From contig NC_043005.1 in NCBI RefSeq assembly GCF_006345805.1, forward strand, positions 32,488,001-32,552,000: 64,000 bases of DNA, given 5' to 3'. The first letter of the stretch is position 1. The number at the start of each line of letters is the position of its first letter. Origin of the DNA: Octopus sinensis. Lineage: Eukaryota. This document shows, one piece after another, positions 26,125-39,944 of the stretch. The notes below the pieces were generated by a model that was not told the DNA's origin, did not search any database, and worked only from the letters and a program-made list of their open reading frames with translations. The position numbers and the translations under genes were made by a program.

Positions 26125-26680
26125 GTATATGTATATATTATATATGTGTATATGTATATATTATATATGATATATGTATATGTATGTATATATGTATAAT
26201 GTATATATATATAATGTATATGTATATATATATATATATGTATATATGTATATGTATATATATATATGTATATGTATATATATATAATGTTATATGTATA
26301 TGTATATATATATATATATGTATAATGTATATGTATATATAGTATATATATATGTATATATGTATATATGTATATATATATATGTATATGTATATATGTA
26401 TATGTATATTATATATATATTATATATGTATATGTATATATATATATGTATATGTATGTATATATGTATATTATATGTATATATGTATATATATATGTAT
26501 ATGTATGTATATATGTATATATATATATTATATGTATGTATATATGTATATATATATGTATATGTATGTTATATATATATATATATGTATATGTATGTAT
26601 ATATGTATATATTATATATGTATATGTATGTTATATGTATATGTATATATGTATATGTATATATGTATATGTATATATGT

Positions 26681-26712
<32 letters not shown>

Positions 26713-27023
26713 TATATGTATGTATATATATATATTATGTATATGTATGTATATATATATGTATATGTATGTATATATATATATATGTATATGTATGTAT
26801 ATATATATATATGTATTGTATGTATATATATGTATATATTATGTATATATATATGTATGTATTATATATATTATATGTATATATGTATATATATATATGT
26901 ATATATATGTATATATATGTATGTATATTATGTATATATATGTAGTATATATATATTATATATATGTATGTATATATATATATATATATATGTATTATAT
27001 ATATATATATGTATATATATATT

Positions 27024-27095
<72 letters not shown>

Positions 27096-27104
27096 GTATA
27101 TATA
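25896..27104. repeat. Long (TA)n/TATG compound microsatellite
   Basis: Direct inspection. Confidence 0.97.
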
Positions 27105-28883
27105 TGTGTGTGTGTTTGTACCCCCAACATCGCTTGACAACCGATGCTGGTGTGTTTACGTCCCCGTAACTTAGCAGTTCGGCAAAAGAGACCGATAGAA
27201 TAAGTACTAGGTTTACAAAGATTAAGTCCTGGGGTTGATTTGCTCGACTAAAGGCAGTGCTCCAGCATGGCCACAGTCAAATGACTGAAACAACTAAAAG
27301 AGTAAAATATTGATGATAAAATTTGTTTCTTTTTATACACATGCCTGTGTGCGTGAATGCCTATTATATAGCTACAAGAGTATCTATTGAACTCACACAT
27401 CTCAACAAGACAAGGTAGAATAAATTGCATATAGAATTGTTTTGATATTTTTCAATATTTTTCATGACAACCCACCCACACAAAGTGCAATAAGACAGTT
27501 GTTGCTGCTGTGTGGGCAGCAACAGCAACAACAGCAGCAGCTGTATGTTTCCCAAGTAGATATAAGTGGAAGGATATGGACTGGTTGGTGATATTGAGTG
27601 AGGTGGAGGAATGGAAAGCCTGAGAGAGGGAGTGAGTAAGAAAGTGTGTGTCAGGAAGAGGTTAGTGTGAGTTACGGTAGAAGAGAAGAGTGAGAGGGAA
27701 AATGAGAGGTTTTGAGAGATTGTGTGTAGCGAGGAAGGAGGGTAGATCAAGAAACTGGTCAAGAGTGAAAGTGAGAGAGAAGGCTAAGAGTTAGAGAGGT
27801 GTGTGTGATAGAGTGAGAGATGATAGGTTGGAAAGGGACAATAGGTGGGAGTGCTGTAAAACAGGAGAGGAGAATGGAGTGATGGAAGTAGAAACTGAAA
27901 GAAGAATAGAAACTGAAGTGGCGGAGGAAGGGGAGAGACTAGAAAGAGAGGAGAGGAGGGAGGAAATCATGAAAATAAAATGGTCACAACAAGATGGTTA
28001 GTTTTTGGAGGATTTTACTTTTATTTTATATTTTGAGGAGGCGAATAATTAGTTAAGAAATATCTTAATCTATTTTACTTTCAAAAATTTTTTTTTTGCC
28101 GATAATTTATTGAATTCTAAATTTTATAACAAAACATATGCTGAGAGTTGGTTGTGAAATATCTTTGAATATTTGAGAGAGTTATTTCTCCTTGGTCTAC
28201 CTGTGTGTGTGTGTGTGTTTGGAAAAAGAGTGCCACCAGCCATGACCTTTGCAAGGTCATTGGAACTGAAGAGGAACAAGGGGAGCTAGACTAGGTGTGG
28301 CAGTAGGAAGCAGCACATCAAAATACTAACACCTGGTCTAAATGTTTTGAGTGGACGCTCTTCCAGAAAGACAAAGGACCAGGTAGCTGTGTGAAACTGG
28401 GTGATAGATTAGGTCTTACCACCCAAAAAGAATAACAGCCTCCCTGCCAACTCCAAACAGCGACATATCTCTTCAATAATAATAATGGTTTCTTATTATT
28501 TTCTTAGAAATTTTTATTCTTAATTATAAGAATTAAATTCTAGTTGCGGCTGAGAATATACTGTTGTAGTTTCTACATTCTAATTACAAAGAATGAGAAT
28601 GTATGGTAGGAATTGAACTTATCTTGGACTTGTTAGCTGTATACTCCAATACTATGGGGATACAATAGTTTAGTTTTGTTGAAATTGCTCCATTTCTGGA
28701 GTGATGTTATCACTGAGGATCTGTTCTGGTGAAAACATTACCTTCACATATCTACTATTGAACCTCAGTGAGTGACCCTTCTCTTCTGGAGCAGAGCATA
28801 CTTTGACCCCAATAGTTATTGATGTACACACTTACAAACAAAATTTTTTGATATACAATGATTTTATGCCTGCTTTCCATACT

Positions 28884-29269
28884 GGATGGAAGCACTCCGT
28901 CAGTTACGACGACAAGGGTTCCGGTTGATCCGAATCAACGGAACAGCCTGCTCGTGAAATTAACGTGTAAGTGACTGAGCACTCCACAGACACGTGTACC
29001 CTTAACGTAGTTCTCGGGGATATTCAGCGTGACACAGAGAGTGACAAGGCCGGCCCTTTGAAATACAGGTACAACAGAAACAGGAAGTAAGAGTGAGAGA
29101 AAGTTGTGGTGAAAGAGTACAGCAGGGATCACCACCATCCCCTGCCGGAGCCTCGTGGAGCTTTAGGTGTTTTCGCTCAATAAACACTCACAACGCCTGG
29201 TCTGAGAATCGAAACCGCGATCCTATGACCGCGAGTCCGCTGCCCTGACCACTGGGCCATTGCGCTCCA
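28884..29269 (-). mobile_element. Young tRNA-derived SINE (resembles octopus OR-type) with 11-bp TSD
   Basis: Minus-strand head TGGAGCGCAATGGCCCAGTGG (A box)...GGTTTCGATTC (B box); TSD CTTTCCATACT at 28873-28883 and 29270-29280; CpGs retained. Confidence 0.88.
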
Positions 29270-30282
29270 CTTTCCATACTAGTGTGGTTTGGAAGAGTCA
29301 TCACACATCTGATTAGTTCTTATTTGGAACTACTTCCCTTCTGGACAGACAAGTACTCCACATCTTGCACATATGTTCCATTTTTGGTGTGTGTTGTATA
29401 GCTGGATGCCCTTTCTAACACCAACCATTGTATAGAGTGTACTGGGTGTATTGTATCATGGTACCACCACTAGAAAAGTTGTCATGTCTTCAAGAGGATA
29501 AGTCTAAAGAATACTTTGCACCCTATTTTGACTCTGCTAATTTACCAATCACGTTACAATGTATAGTGAGTGCAGTTTATAGTGGAACCAGTTTTAGTGA
29601 GGATATCTTGTACCTCAAAGAGAAAAGGTCCATGTTGCCTCCATCCATTCAGTATAGCATAACCAATAGTGAGTGTAGAGAAGGAGAAACTTGGGTAATA
29701 GGGAGATAGAAGTGTGAGTATGATAAAGTGGGGGGTGAAAGAAATAGAATGGCTGGAAAATGAGTTTAGAGATAGCAAGAAGAATGGAAAAGAGATATTA
29801 ATAGAGAGGGCTACTAATGGTTGCTAGATGTTTGTTGCTAAAACAGCAAGAGTGGGAAACAATGAGGGGTAAATTAAAACAAAGCACCACCGTCTTCAAA
29901 TGGTGTCATGTAAGGGCATGGAAAGGAAACTTTCATGCACACATTATGGCAGGTTTCCATACAGCTTCCATCTGCCAGTTTCATCCATTCTGCCTGCCTG
30001 TTCATTTTTGTTTATAACCTATAAAGGGTGTCAAGCGACACCATTGCACAACTCTAGTAAACAGACATGGCTGGGTGAAATGTGCATTTGTGACCATGTA
30101 GATCTCCATGTAGTTTTGGTATGCATATATATGCATACCATATAGACTGCATGTTCTCCCCTTCACACATGCTTACTACATCAACATTTAAATGTCTTTC
30201 TATGTGAATAATTGTGTGTGCATGTGTGAGTATGTGTTTATATATCTATAGGTATGTGTGTGTATGTGTGTGTGTGTGTATA

Positions 30283-30328
<46 letters not shown>

Positions 30329-31244
30329 TGTGTGTGTGTATGTGTCTATATATGTGTATGTATATGTATATATAGTGTGTGAATGTATATGTATATATAG
30401 GGGGAGAGTTCATGAAAAAACCAAAGAGAGAAACAAGAAGAGAAGAAAAAATGTGTGTAGTGGCTACCAATCTATCGTGTGTGTGTGTGTGTGTGGGTGT
30501 GTGTGTGTGTGCATATGTATGTATATACACTCACACACACACACAAATAAATATATGTATGTATGTATGTATGTGTAAATTCACTCTAGTTTGTGAATAT
30601 GTTGTTCTGTGGAGAAGCACTTTCACATATGGAACAATGTATAAGGTTCACATTTAACAGCTATTTTGATGCATACTTACAACCTTTCATAGATAAATAT
30701 ACATTTCTACATTCACTGCAAACACTGCACACCTCCAAACAGATGTGTGCACTCTGCTAAACTGTATCACCACCTTTCAATGTTGCAGGTTTGTTGATTT
30801 GGCATATTTCAGCAGTTTGTGGAAACTGTTCGAGCTTACACTTCTACAAGTGTAACAAGGTTTTCTTGTCTTTTAATTATTACAAGCTCAAAGTATTGCT
30901 CACCTGATTTTATTTTTTATTTTTCCTGTTTTATATTTCAGCTTTCATTTCTCAGTTTCTTCCTGACCTTTTGTTTCAGTAAACAGAGTTAGGAGTTAGT
31001 ATTTTCTCATTTTGACTTTATTTAGCGCAAATGTCCCCCCCCCCTCTCTCTCTCTCACCACACACACACACACCAAAGTTAGTTGTAAATGAATATTGTT
31101 TATAGGAGAATCGGTTAAACTATTGCCTGAAATTTCAAAGGATCTCATGTTTCCTGGTTTTTAAAGGTTTTTGTGCTTTACAACTGTTATGCGTCTAGCA
31201 ATGTCATTAACTGTTTTTTTTTACTGAAGTTCAATATGTGTGTA

Positions 31245-31400
31245 GGCACAGGTATGGCTGTGTGGTTAAGAAGCTCACTTCCCAACTCAATAGTTTCAGG
31301 TTTAATCGCACTAAACAGTAACTTGGGCAAATATCATCCGTAGATCTGAGCCAATCAAAGCCTTGTGAGGGTATTTGGTAGACAGAAATTGAAAGAAGTT

Positions 31401-31464
<64 letters not shown>

Positions 31465-31642
31465 CTCTCTCTATTTGTAGTTTTCTGTTAAAAATGTATC
31501 TGGCCATGGGGTAATATTACCTTGCTTAGAAATAGATGAGGGTTGGTGACCAGAAGGGCATCCAACTGTAGAAAATCTGTTTCAACAAATTTGGTTTGGC
31601 CCATGCAAGCATGGAAAAGTGGATGTGAAAATGATGATGATG
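31245..31642 (+). mobile_element. tRNA/CORE-like SINE head, (CT)n hinge and RTE-type 3' tail
   Basis: Head as at 25233; tail GAAGGGCATCCAACTGTAGAAA...CCCATGCAAGCATGGAAAAGTGGA then (TGA)n. Confidence 0.75.
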
Positions 31643-31881
31643 TGTGCATGTGTATTATTGTTTTTTTTTTAATGTGAAGTTATAAAAACAATTTAGCATT
31701 AAACTGAAAGATTAATCAAATACTTTTTAGCAGAGTACATATTCATTAATTTTTCTAAGGTAAAGGTTGATAGTAACTTTGATGATTGCTGTATGATAAT
31801 TAAATCTTTATAAGCCTATCACTGCATCTGTTCCCTGTTAGCTATTACAGTTATTTGGCAGTGGCCCTCATTAATTTTCTG

Positions 31882-33004
31882 GACAAAGGGCCTCTCGCTC
31901 AGAGTAAAAGGTAAACTGTATGACGCATGTGTACGAACAGCCATGCTACATGGCAGTGAAACATGGGCTGTGACTGCTGAGGACATGCGTAAGCTCGCAA
32001 GGAATGAAGCCAGTATGATCCGATGGATGTGTAATGTCAGTGTGCATACTCAACAGAGTGTAAGTACCTTGAGAGAAATGTTGGACCTAAGAAGCGTCAG
32101 ATGTGGTGTGCAAGAAAGACAACTGCACTGGTATGGTCATGTGGAGAGAATGAATGAGGATAGCTGTGTGAAAAAGTGCCACACCCTAGCAATTAAGGGA
32201 ACTTGTGGTAGAGGTAGACCAAGGAAGACCTGTGATGAAGTGGTGAAGCATGACCTTCGAACTTTAGGCCTTACCAAGGAAATGACTAGTGACCAAGACT
32301 TTTGGAAATATGCTGTGCTTGAGAAGATCCGGCAAGCCAAATGAGACCATAACCTCATGGCCTATGCCAGGGGCGTAACCAGCCCACTTATGCGTACCTT
32401 TTCCTTCTTTGGACACTAAAACTCTGCTTGTATAGACCTGTTGAGGCAAGTGAAATCAAAAGCAAATTTGATGACTGACATCTGTGCTAGCGGGTTGCAA
32501 AGAGCACCATACGAGTGTGATCGTTGACAGAGCGGCTAGCCGGCTTCCGTGCCAGTGGCACATAAACGGCACCATTCAAGTGCGATCATTACCAGTGTCG
32601 CCTTACTGGTACTCGATCCGCATGCTAGTAGGGTGTTAAGAGCACCATCGGAGCGTGATCGTTGCCATAGTGGCTATCTGGCCTCCATGCCGGTGGCACA
32701 TAAAAGGCACCATTCGAGTGTAATCGTTACCAGCATCGCCTAACTGGCACCTGTGCCGGTGGCATGTTTAAAAGATTTGAGTGAGGTCATTGCCATTACT
32801 GCCTGACTGGCCTCGTGCCGGTGGCACGTAAAAAGCACCCACTACACTCTTGGAGTAGTTGGTGTTAGGAAGGGCATCCAGCTGTAGAAACTCTGCCAGA
32901 TCAAGATTGAAGCCTGGTGCAGCCATCTGGTTCGCCAGCCCTCAGTCAAATCGTCCAACCTATGCTAGCATGGAAAGCGGACGTTAAACGATGATGATGA
33001 TGAT
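31882..33004 (+). mobile_element. 5'-truncated RTE-clade LINE (RT C-terminus plus 3'UTR)
   Basis: TKGLSLRVKGKLYDACVRTAMLHGSETW...WYGHVERM...GRGRPRKT; stop at 32344; structured 3'UTR; (GAT)n tail. Confidence 0.93.
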
Positions 33005-33019
33005 CATCATCATCAATAA

Positions 33020-33255
33020 CGTTTTTGAGCTTATTGGATGAATTCTGGTGTCCTTAATGTTCAAATATTTAGAATATTTTTTCTCTTTGTTACAGCTGAA
33101 ACACTCCTGTCAGAGTCTTTCAATTCCATCTGAATTTCAAAAGGATTTGCAATGTTTAAAAAGTTGGCAATTTCTGAATGACTGTGTTCCACATACTTGG
33201 GTACAATGGCTGCATGCTTTTTTATTTCTTGTGTTAACATGTTATCTATCATGGG
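33020..33255 (-). pseudogene. Tc1/IS630-like transposase N-terminal (HTH) fragment
   Basis: KKHAAIV...HSHSEIANFLNIA...ELK.....SAVTKRK resembles the N-terminal HTH of Tc1-like transposases; no TIRs seen. Confidence 0.5.
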
Positions 33256-35521
33256 GGATATGAAAGAAATGAAAACCTTTTAATTGGTTTGAAGAATGTA
33301 ATATACTGATAATTAAGTGTCCTCAAATGCCCCTCATTCCCTGTATTTCTTGCAAACCCTCTCACCTACCTAAGTTCTGCCAAGCTCTTCTGGATCTCTA
33401 CTAATTTTACAGAATCTTCTTCCTCTGCCATTCCTCAAGAAGTACCTCTGCTGCAAATAAATTCACTAGATTTGCTCTTTGTTTTATTTTTATCTCTACA
33501 CTCCTCACATACAACAAAACTTCTCTAAATTCTATCAATCTCTCTCATACAACCTAACTTTAACCTTCACCTGTCCTACCACCATGTACAAACTCTCCTT
33601 CAACTTTGTCTGGACTTGATACTGACCACTCCATTGCATTCAAACAATGTTATCTTTAACCACGACCCTCCTCCCACTTGCTCTCATTCAGTCATGCATG
33701 CATTTTCTTTCTTAACACACACGTGCGCACACACACGCGCACACTCTCTCTTTCACTCTTACCCCATGATACATGTTTTATTTCTTTTTCTCAAGTGTAC
33801 ATCCACTCATGAACTCACAGTCCCAAGACTTGAACTGTGAAAGAAAAGAAAAGGATCCTGATAGTATTCTGATTCCATATCTAATGATTTTATCAAATAT
33901 AATCCAAGATTTCTTTAACCAGGAGTAGTCTTAGAACAGTATAAATAGAACCAATGTATGTGGTTGTAGTACCTTAACTAAATGTTTAACAAGTTGGGTT
34001 TATGTGTATGAAGGAATAGAGCAGGCAAGAATACATGTTAGGACAAGTGTTGTTATGGCTGAGACCATTTCCTAAATAAATAAAGATGATGAAATAATAG
34101 CACACAGTAATATGTATTGTTAATTGTACTTCCAGTGCACCTTATGTGTACCGTTGTTGTGCAGTATATGTTGCAAGAGAGAAGGCAGAAACTCTCTGAC
34201 AATCGATTAGTTCCACTGCAAAACAAACAGACAATTTCATTTCAGTACCCCCACCCTTGTCTCCTGTATAGTTTCAGCATTTGGTTGACATTAAAACATT
34301 CTTTTAGAAACTGATTTTACTCAAGGACTCTAAACCTGATTGCAGCCTACTGCTCCCCAAGTGATGTATGTCGTGTGTTAATCTAAAAAAGTGGAGGGGT
34401 CAGAGCTCATAGCACTTCTAAACCACTCCTGGAAGAGGTGGTGGTGGTGGTGGATCAGCATAATCATTATCAATGTTCTTGGAATTCATAAATGATTGAT
34501 GAAGTTAGTGTTTAACCCCAGGTCAGCCTTAATTGACCATCTTGTCTTTTTCTTATGTTCAAGGAATAGTTGCATTGTTGTTTTAAGCTGATAGGATATA
34601 GTTTGAGGGAGAATTGGCTGCTGGTTTCAGAACCTATATTAATTTAATTATCTCCTGTATGTGTGTGTATGTGTTTTATAGAATGATTTATTTCTTGACA
34701 ATACAACTCCTTTAAAAATGCATTTGTAAACAATTATGTGCCACAACAGACAATGACCTTACTGTCCAACATTTCTATATTTGATATGGTAACTGTAAAT
34801 TATTATTTGTCACAAAACAGAGAGGCTCTTGATGCTACTTAGTATTTATGACAATAATGAGGGATCATCACCAATTTCTTTAAAATGTTTCTGGCTTTAC
34901 TCCTTTGCCAACGACCATATCTTTTGGCATATAAGTCAACATAATATATAGTGTAAACATTCAAACATCATCATCATCATCTTTACAAATCCTGCTGCAT
35001 TTCGCATGGAATTCTTGGTCCTCCACAGTTGTCTTGGTGTATAAGTCAATCTACCCTTTTTTGTTGTAAATGTTCATCTGAAAAATTCAACTTATGTACT
35101 GGAAAACACAGTAAAGCATGCTATTGTGCCATGGTGGCATTCTCACATGCATTCCTCGGTGTCCCTTATTCTAAACTTGCTTTGTCTGTCACATATTGTT
35201 CCTTTTTCTATTTACTTATCCCTATTGACTTGATTCTACTTCTCATGTTCTAAACTATGCAGTGGTACTACAGCAACTTTCTTCCTCTCTGTTACTCTGT
35301 TCTCCTCCTCTTACATTTCCTCCTCTTTCTTCCTCTTCTTTAATTTCCATTCAGTTTCCTTTCTTACCATTCAGTTTGTTTCTTCATAACCTTCTCTTTC
35401 ATGTCACTGTCTCCTCCATCTCAGCCCTCTCCATCTCAGCCCTTTCCTTATGTCTCTTCTCTCTCACTCTTTCATTCACCTTGTCTTCTCATCACTCTCT
35501 CAGCTTCTAGATGCACATTAA

Positions 35522-35757
35522 CCCTTTCATTACCAACCTGGCTAAAACTGGCTCTGGCTCTGGCTCTGAGTACAAATGTCCTGTTTTCATTAGTTTTGAA
35601 TTAAAATCTTCCATCAAACCTTATTCACAATTCATGTTCCTAACACTAGCTGAATGATAACTAAGTTATTTTACTAAATTCTTTGTTATATTTAAAGTAA
35701 TTGAAAGAAACACAGAGCATCTCAAAAAAAAAAAAAAAAAATACAGTAACGAAAGGG
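35522..35757. mobile_element. TTAA MITE (piggyBac-like), intact
   Basis: TTAA TSDs at 35518-35521 and 35758-35761; TIR CCCTTTCATTAC / GTAACGAAAGGG. Confidence 0.85.
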
Positions 35758-36548
35758 TTAAACATGATTTATTTAACTTCAGAGAAATGTCTCATTCTTC
35801 TGTTAGTCATTAGGATTGTTTTACTGTCAGCCTATTAAAAAAAAAAAAAAAAGAGAAAGGTTTTTCCTGTTGCAATGATCACTAACATTCACTGCAACAT
35901 TGGTTAAAGGCATGCGGAAGAGGAGGACAGTATTGGTAATGGTGTTGATTGATATTACAAGGAATGTCTGTAGAATATGAAATGGGAAATGAATGGATCA
36001 CAAACTAATTAAGTATTCAGCTTAGCACTTGATAGGATTTCATTTCTTTTCTTGATGTAGACAGTTAACTAAAGGAAAAAGAAAAATATTGTTACAGGGG
36101 ATGGTCAAACTTGTAAATTAGATACTTACTTGATTGTTGTTGTTTCTATCTTAACTATCAGACAAGAATTTAGCCTAAAAATGCCTGAAGCCATAGCAAC
36201 AGTCAATTGCTTGCTACATTTATCTCATTTTCTTGTATTATAGATTGAGAAAATATTTCATGGGAGTCTGTTTTAATCTTTCTTCTTTTTTTTTTCTTTA
36301 GTAATAGAATCAGTGACAATTGGCTAAGAAGATCCCACTGTAATGATATTTGTTATTTGGCAAATTCTTACACTCTTGTCTTCACTTTCAACAGAATTAG
36401 TCTTTATTAATATACAGATTAGCTGTCATTCTTAATTGATATATCCAATATCTTAAACATTATCACCAGCATCTATTATTCACAGATTAAAATTTTCTTT
36501 TTTTTTCTTTTTTATAATACTTTGGCCAAAAATAATGTTGATTTTCAG

Positions 36549-36609
36549 TAAATATGAAAAGTGTGTCCGTGTCCGTCCGGCTGTCTCCAAGAAACTTGCT
36601 GTGAAATAG
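36549..36609 (+). other. Weak candidate exon (possibly UTR or terminal)
   Basis: ttttcag acceptor after a T-rich tract; AG|gtgatg donor; locally CpG-rich; a stop in every frame. Confidence 0.15.
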
Positions 36610-37264
36610 GTGATGTGTTACCAATAGTAGACTAGAAATTGAGTCATCTGTATTATTGAGTCTTAACTATTCTTAGGGAACTCTTTGTAGCTTTTCTGTC
36701 TTCATTTAGATTTGGTATATATTTCAGGAATTTTAATTTCATTTCCACTTGGGGCTTGGTGGACCTGTCTTCAAACTGGTAGCTCAAGTAGAAAGGTGCA
36801 GCCTTATTGTCAAAATGTGTTAGGTAGCTATTACCTAAATAACATATTTGCCTGCATATTACATACAATACACAAGCTCTACCTACCCTTTTAATTCACT
36901 GTTACTGAAGGCAATAGATCTCAAAGATACTTTTTGCTTCTCTGTAACTTGGCAATTATCCAACAGTAAAAAATTTCTCCCCTCCCCATTCCAATAATGA
37001 CAGTACTAAGCTTTCTTGTGATATTCATAAAATTAGCAATCCCTTCATTACAGTGTTACAAAAAAACAGATCCTCACACCTTCTTACATCAGGTTTTGAA
37101 TTCTGTTATCAATAATTGATTCTATAGATATTGGATTGGTAAGGTAGTTTTTGGTTTAAGCACTTAATCTAAGGAATTCCAAGTAAAACAGTTTACCTTT
37201 AACTAAGTTGAACATTGAATATGGCTGAAAATGAATGTAAATATACTAATATAATTTAGACTTT

Positions 37265-37324
<60 letters not shown>

Positions 37325-39174
37325 CACCACCACCACCCACATTAATATCCTGCATCAAGTAGCATTGTCTTTAATAATCACCAATCATAATTGTCATCAT
37401 CCTCATCATCAGCTGCAACAGCAACAGCAGTGGTGGTTCAATATGAACATACTAATGGTATTTCTATTCAACACGACTGGTGCAATTTGATTAAGTGTAA
37501 AAACATATTTGGATGAAGTAACAAGTAATTAACATTGAGATATCTTCCTCAATACCAGCTTCTCAGACTACAAACTACTTTGTTACAAAAAAATTACAGG
37601 GAAAATGACAGAAAATTGTGAGAGTTCAGTGTTTATAATTAAGACTGGCATTTAACTACTGACTGTAGTAATTTTTACTTAATCTCAGCCACAGCCTTAA
37701 AGCCCCATTTCATTGAAAATATAGAATTAAAAATAGTCTTTTTAAACATAATACCATCTTTAAAGATATTAATGCCATGGGGCTTCATGGAACCATGTGT
37801 GAAAAAAGGTGCATTTAATTCAAGTACGAATGGCTTGATTTAATCTAAAATTAAAATCTTTATATTTAATCATAGAAAATATCAATTATAATTTTTGAGG
37901 GGGTGTCTTATTTATTTATTTATTTATTTATTCATTTAGTTGCTTTTGTAAAATGTTTTAAGTTCATTGAAATAGTCTCCTTAGGTAACAATAACATATT
38001 GTTCAGTTTGCTTGCGGTTGTTTATTCTTGCTGTAGACTGTTATAGGTATAAACTAATTAAAGGAAATTTGTTCAAATATTAGCTCAACCAAATATGTGA
38101 CTTGGTAGAAGTCAAGGCACAGGTTTTCCTTCTTTGTTTTGCTGCTGGTGCTTGTGGTTCAAGACAGTTCTATTCACACCAACAGGTTTTAGTTCTTATT
38201 TATAAATTTAATGGTTTTTAAAATTTATTTGTTAGTCTTAGAATGTAGAGCTGAGCAATGGTTTTTACCTTAATGAACTCATAAGAATTCTCTCCAATTA
38301 AATAGAATCTTGGACATTGTTAAATGTAGTTGGTGTTTAGTTTAAAATTGTTATTAATTAATGTTTATTTGAAAGCTGCCAGCAAGCGAACAGTTTTATT
38401 TCAAGAGGGTGTACTTCAAGAGGGGAATGCCTTTGTACAGTATGGTGTACTTTAAAAGAGTGGAGTAACATAGAGTATGTTTAGATGGCAAATTGTCTTT
38501 TGTTGGTGAGATGTAACACAATTTGACGTTGCCCAAGAAGTTACAGATCTGGCAATGACAAATGATAGGCTGTTGGATATTTGCATTATCAGACATAAAC
38601 CGTTCCTAGAATGAATAGTGTGTGTGTGATCTGGACATACTACACCAGAAAAAATCCACCCAACATTGCCTATATCTCACAGTGTGGACTGATTTTATTA
38701 TAGTGCCACATCAACACTAGGGGTTGCATGAAACAAGACTTAGGTGACCCCTGCTAATATCTAATCTGTCAGGTCTTTATCACATTTGTTCATCTATCTC
38801 TCTCTCTCTCTCAGTATTACAACTTACTACATCTCCATGTATTTAATCATCAGATTACAAATTGACAATTTCACAGCAAATTGTAATTCTGATCTTTCTT
38901 GTCTTCCATATATGCGCGTGTATTACTCTACTTTCAGTATTGAGTTCTTGTTATTGGTTGTTGATGGGTCTTTTAATATAATAAATTTGTTTCATATATT
39001 ATATCTACTGTTTCTGTTATTTTATATATTATATATGTAGTGTTTCTGACTTGAGGCTACATTCCCTGGCAGGCATCACCTCCTCACTCCTTCACAAAAC
39101 CTCAACCTGAAAGGATGCAATTAACAGAAGTTAAAGAATGAAAGTCAACATTGAATCTTCTGAATCTTAAACAC

Positions 39175-39222
<48 letters not shown>

Positions 39223-39944
39223 TGTGTGTGTACACGTGCACATGCTAATCTTAGATCTTAGTTTACGACATCTGAGGCAATGTTTTGTTGCTTTAAAATG
39301 TGTTAAAAGATTTATGGCAAATGAAAAAGAAAAATGGTTGTTTGTATATTGTGTGCATGTGTTTATGTGCATCTTTATACCATTTGTGAGATTAACCAAG
39401 TAAAAGTTCTAGTGGAATATTCATTAAAAGACAATTATAAAAATCTGTCCAGGTTTAGTACTGTTGATATAAAGAGGGAAATTGGTGTATTTTGTTGGCA
39501 ATGCTCAAGTCATTTATTTATACAGAAGGCCAAAAGGTTGTTTCTTAAAACCATTGTAGATTATTTGGAAGTAGAAATACCACTGATATATGAGATTTTA
39601 GAGTAGACATCAAATAGACAAGATGAAACTAGTTACCTAAATATTGTGTGTAGGGGTGGGTGCACTAGTGGCACAGTTTTTAGATAGAAACTTATTAAAT
39701 ATGTTTCAATAAATGAATTTACATTTATAGTGTAAAATTGTTCCTCCTTGGGGTTTGTGTGTGTGTACTATTTGATATGCAGAATATACATTATTTCATG
39801 TGACGTATAGAATTACTTAATTCTGTGTATAGAGATCCAGTGGGGTTTCTATAAAGGTAGTTGTTTTCTAAACTTTATAGATTTATCTGTTTTATGATCA
39901 AATATAGGGTAAAAAAAGAAAAAGAAAACTTCTACCTGTGTGTC

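Larger units (their letters stand above)
25233..27306 (+). mobile_element. Full tRNA/CORE-like SINE with a greatly expanded internal microsatellite and a nested RTE 3' fragment
   Basis: Head 25233-25392 and tail 27105-27306 match the compact copy at 49111-49553. Confidence 0.88.

Noticed and set aside
27590-27975. GA-rich purine tracts (also 5560-5860, 15720-16190, 23700-23940) giving Glu/Arg- or Leu/Ser-rich ORFs
   Set aside because: Low-complexity sequence; several adjoin old minus-strand RTE tails and mirror the CT-rich 3'UTR at 47520-47700.
28701-28741. CTGAGGA...GAAA with a complementary flanking stem (hammerhead-like)
   Set aside because: There is no room for stem I (about 3 nt) and stem II pairs poorly; probably chance or too decayed to call.
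29190-29269. tRNA gene-like sequences (also 25240-25300 and 49490-49553)
   Set aside because: They are SINE heads continuous with SINE bodies; no complete cloverleaf or acceptor stem is evident.
30790-30859. Possible exon after ttgcag
   Set aside because: The donor (gttttc) is poor and no recognisable peptide results.
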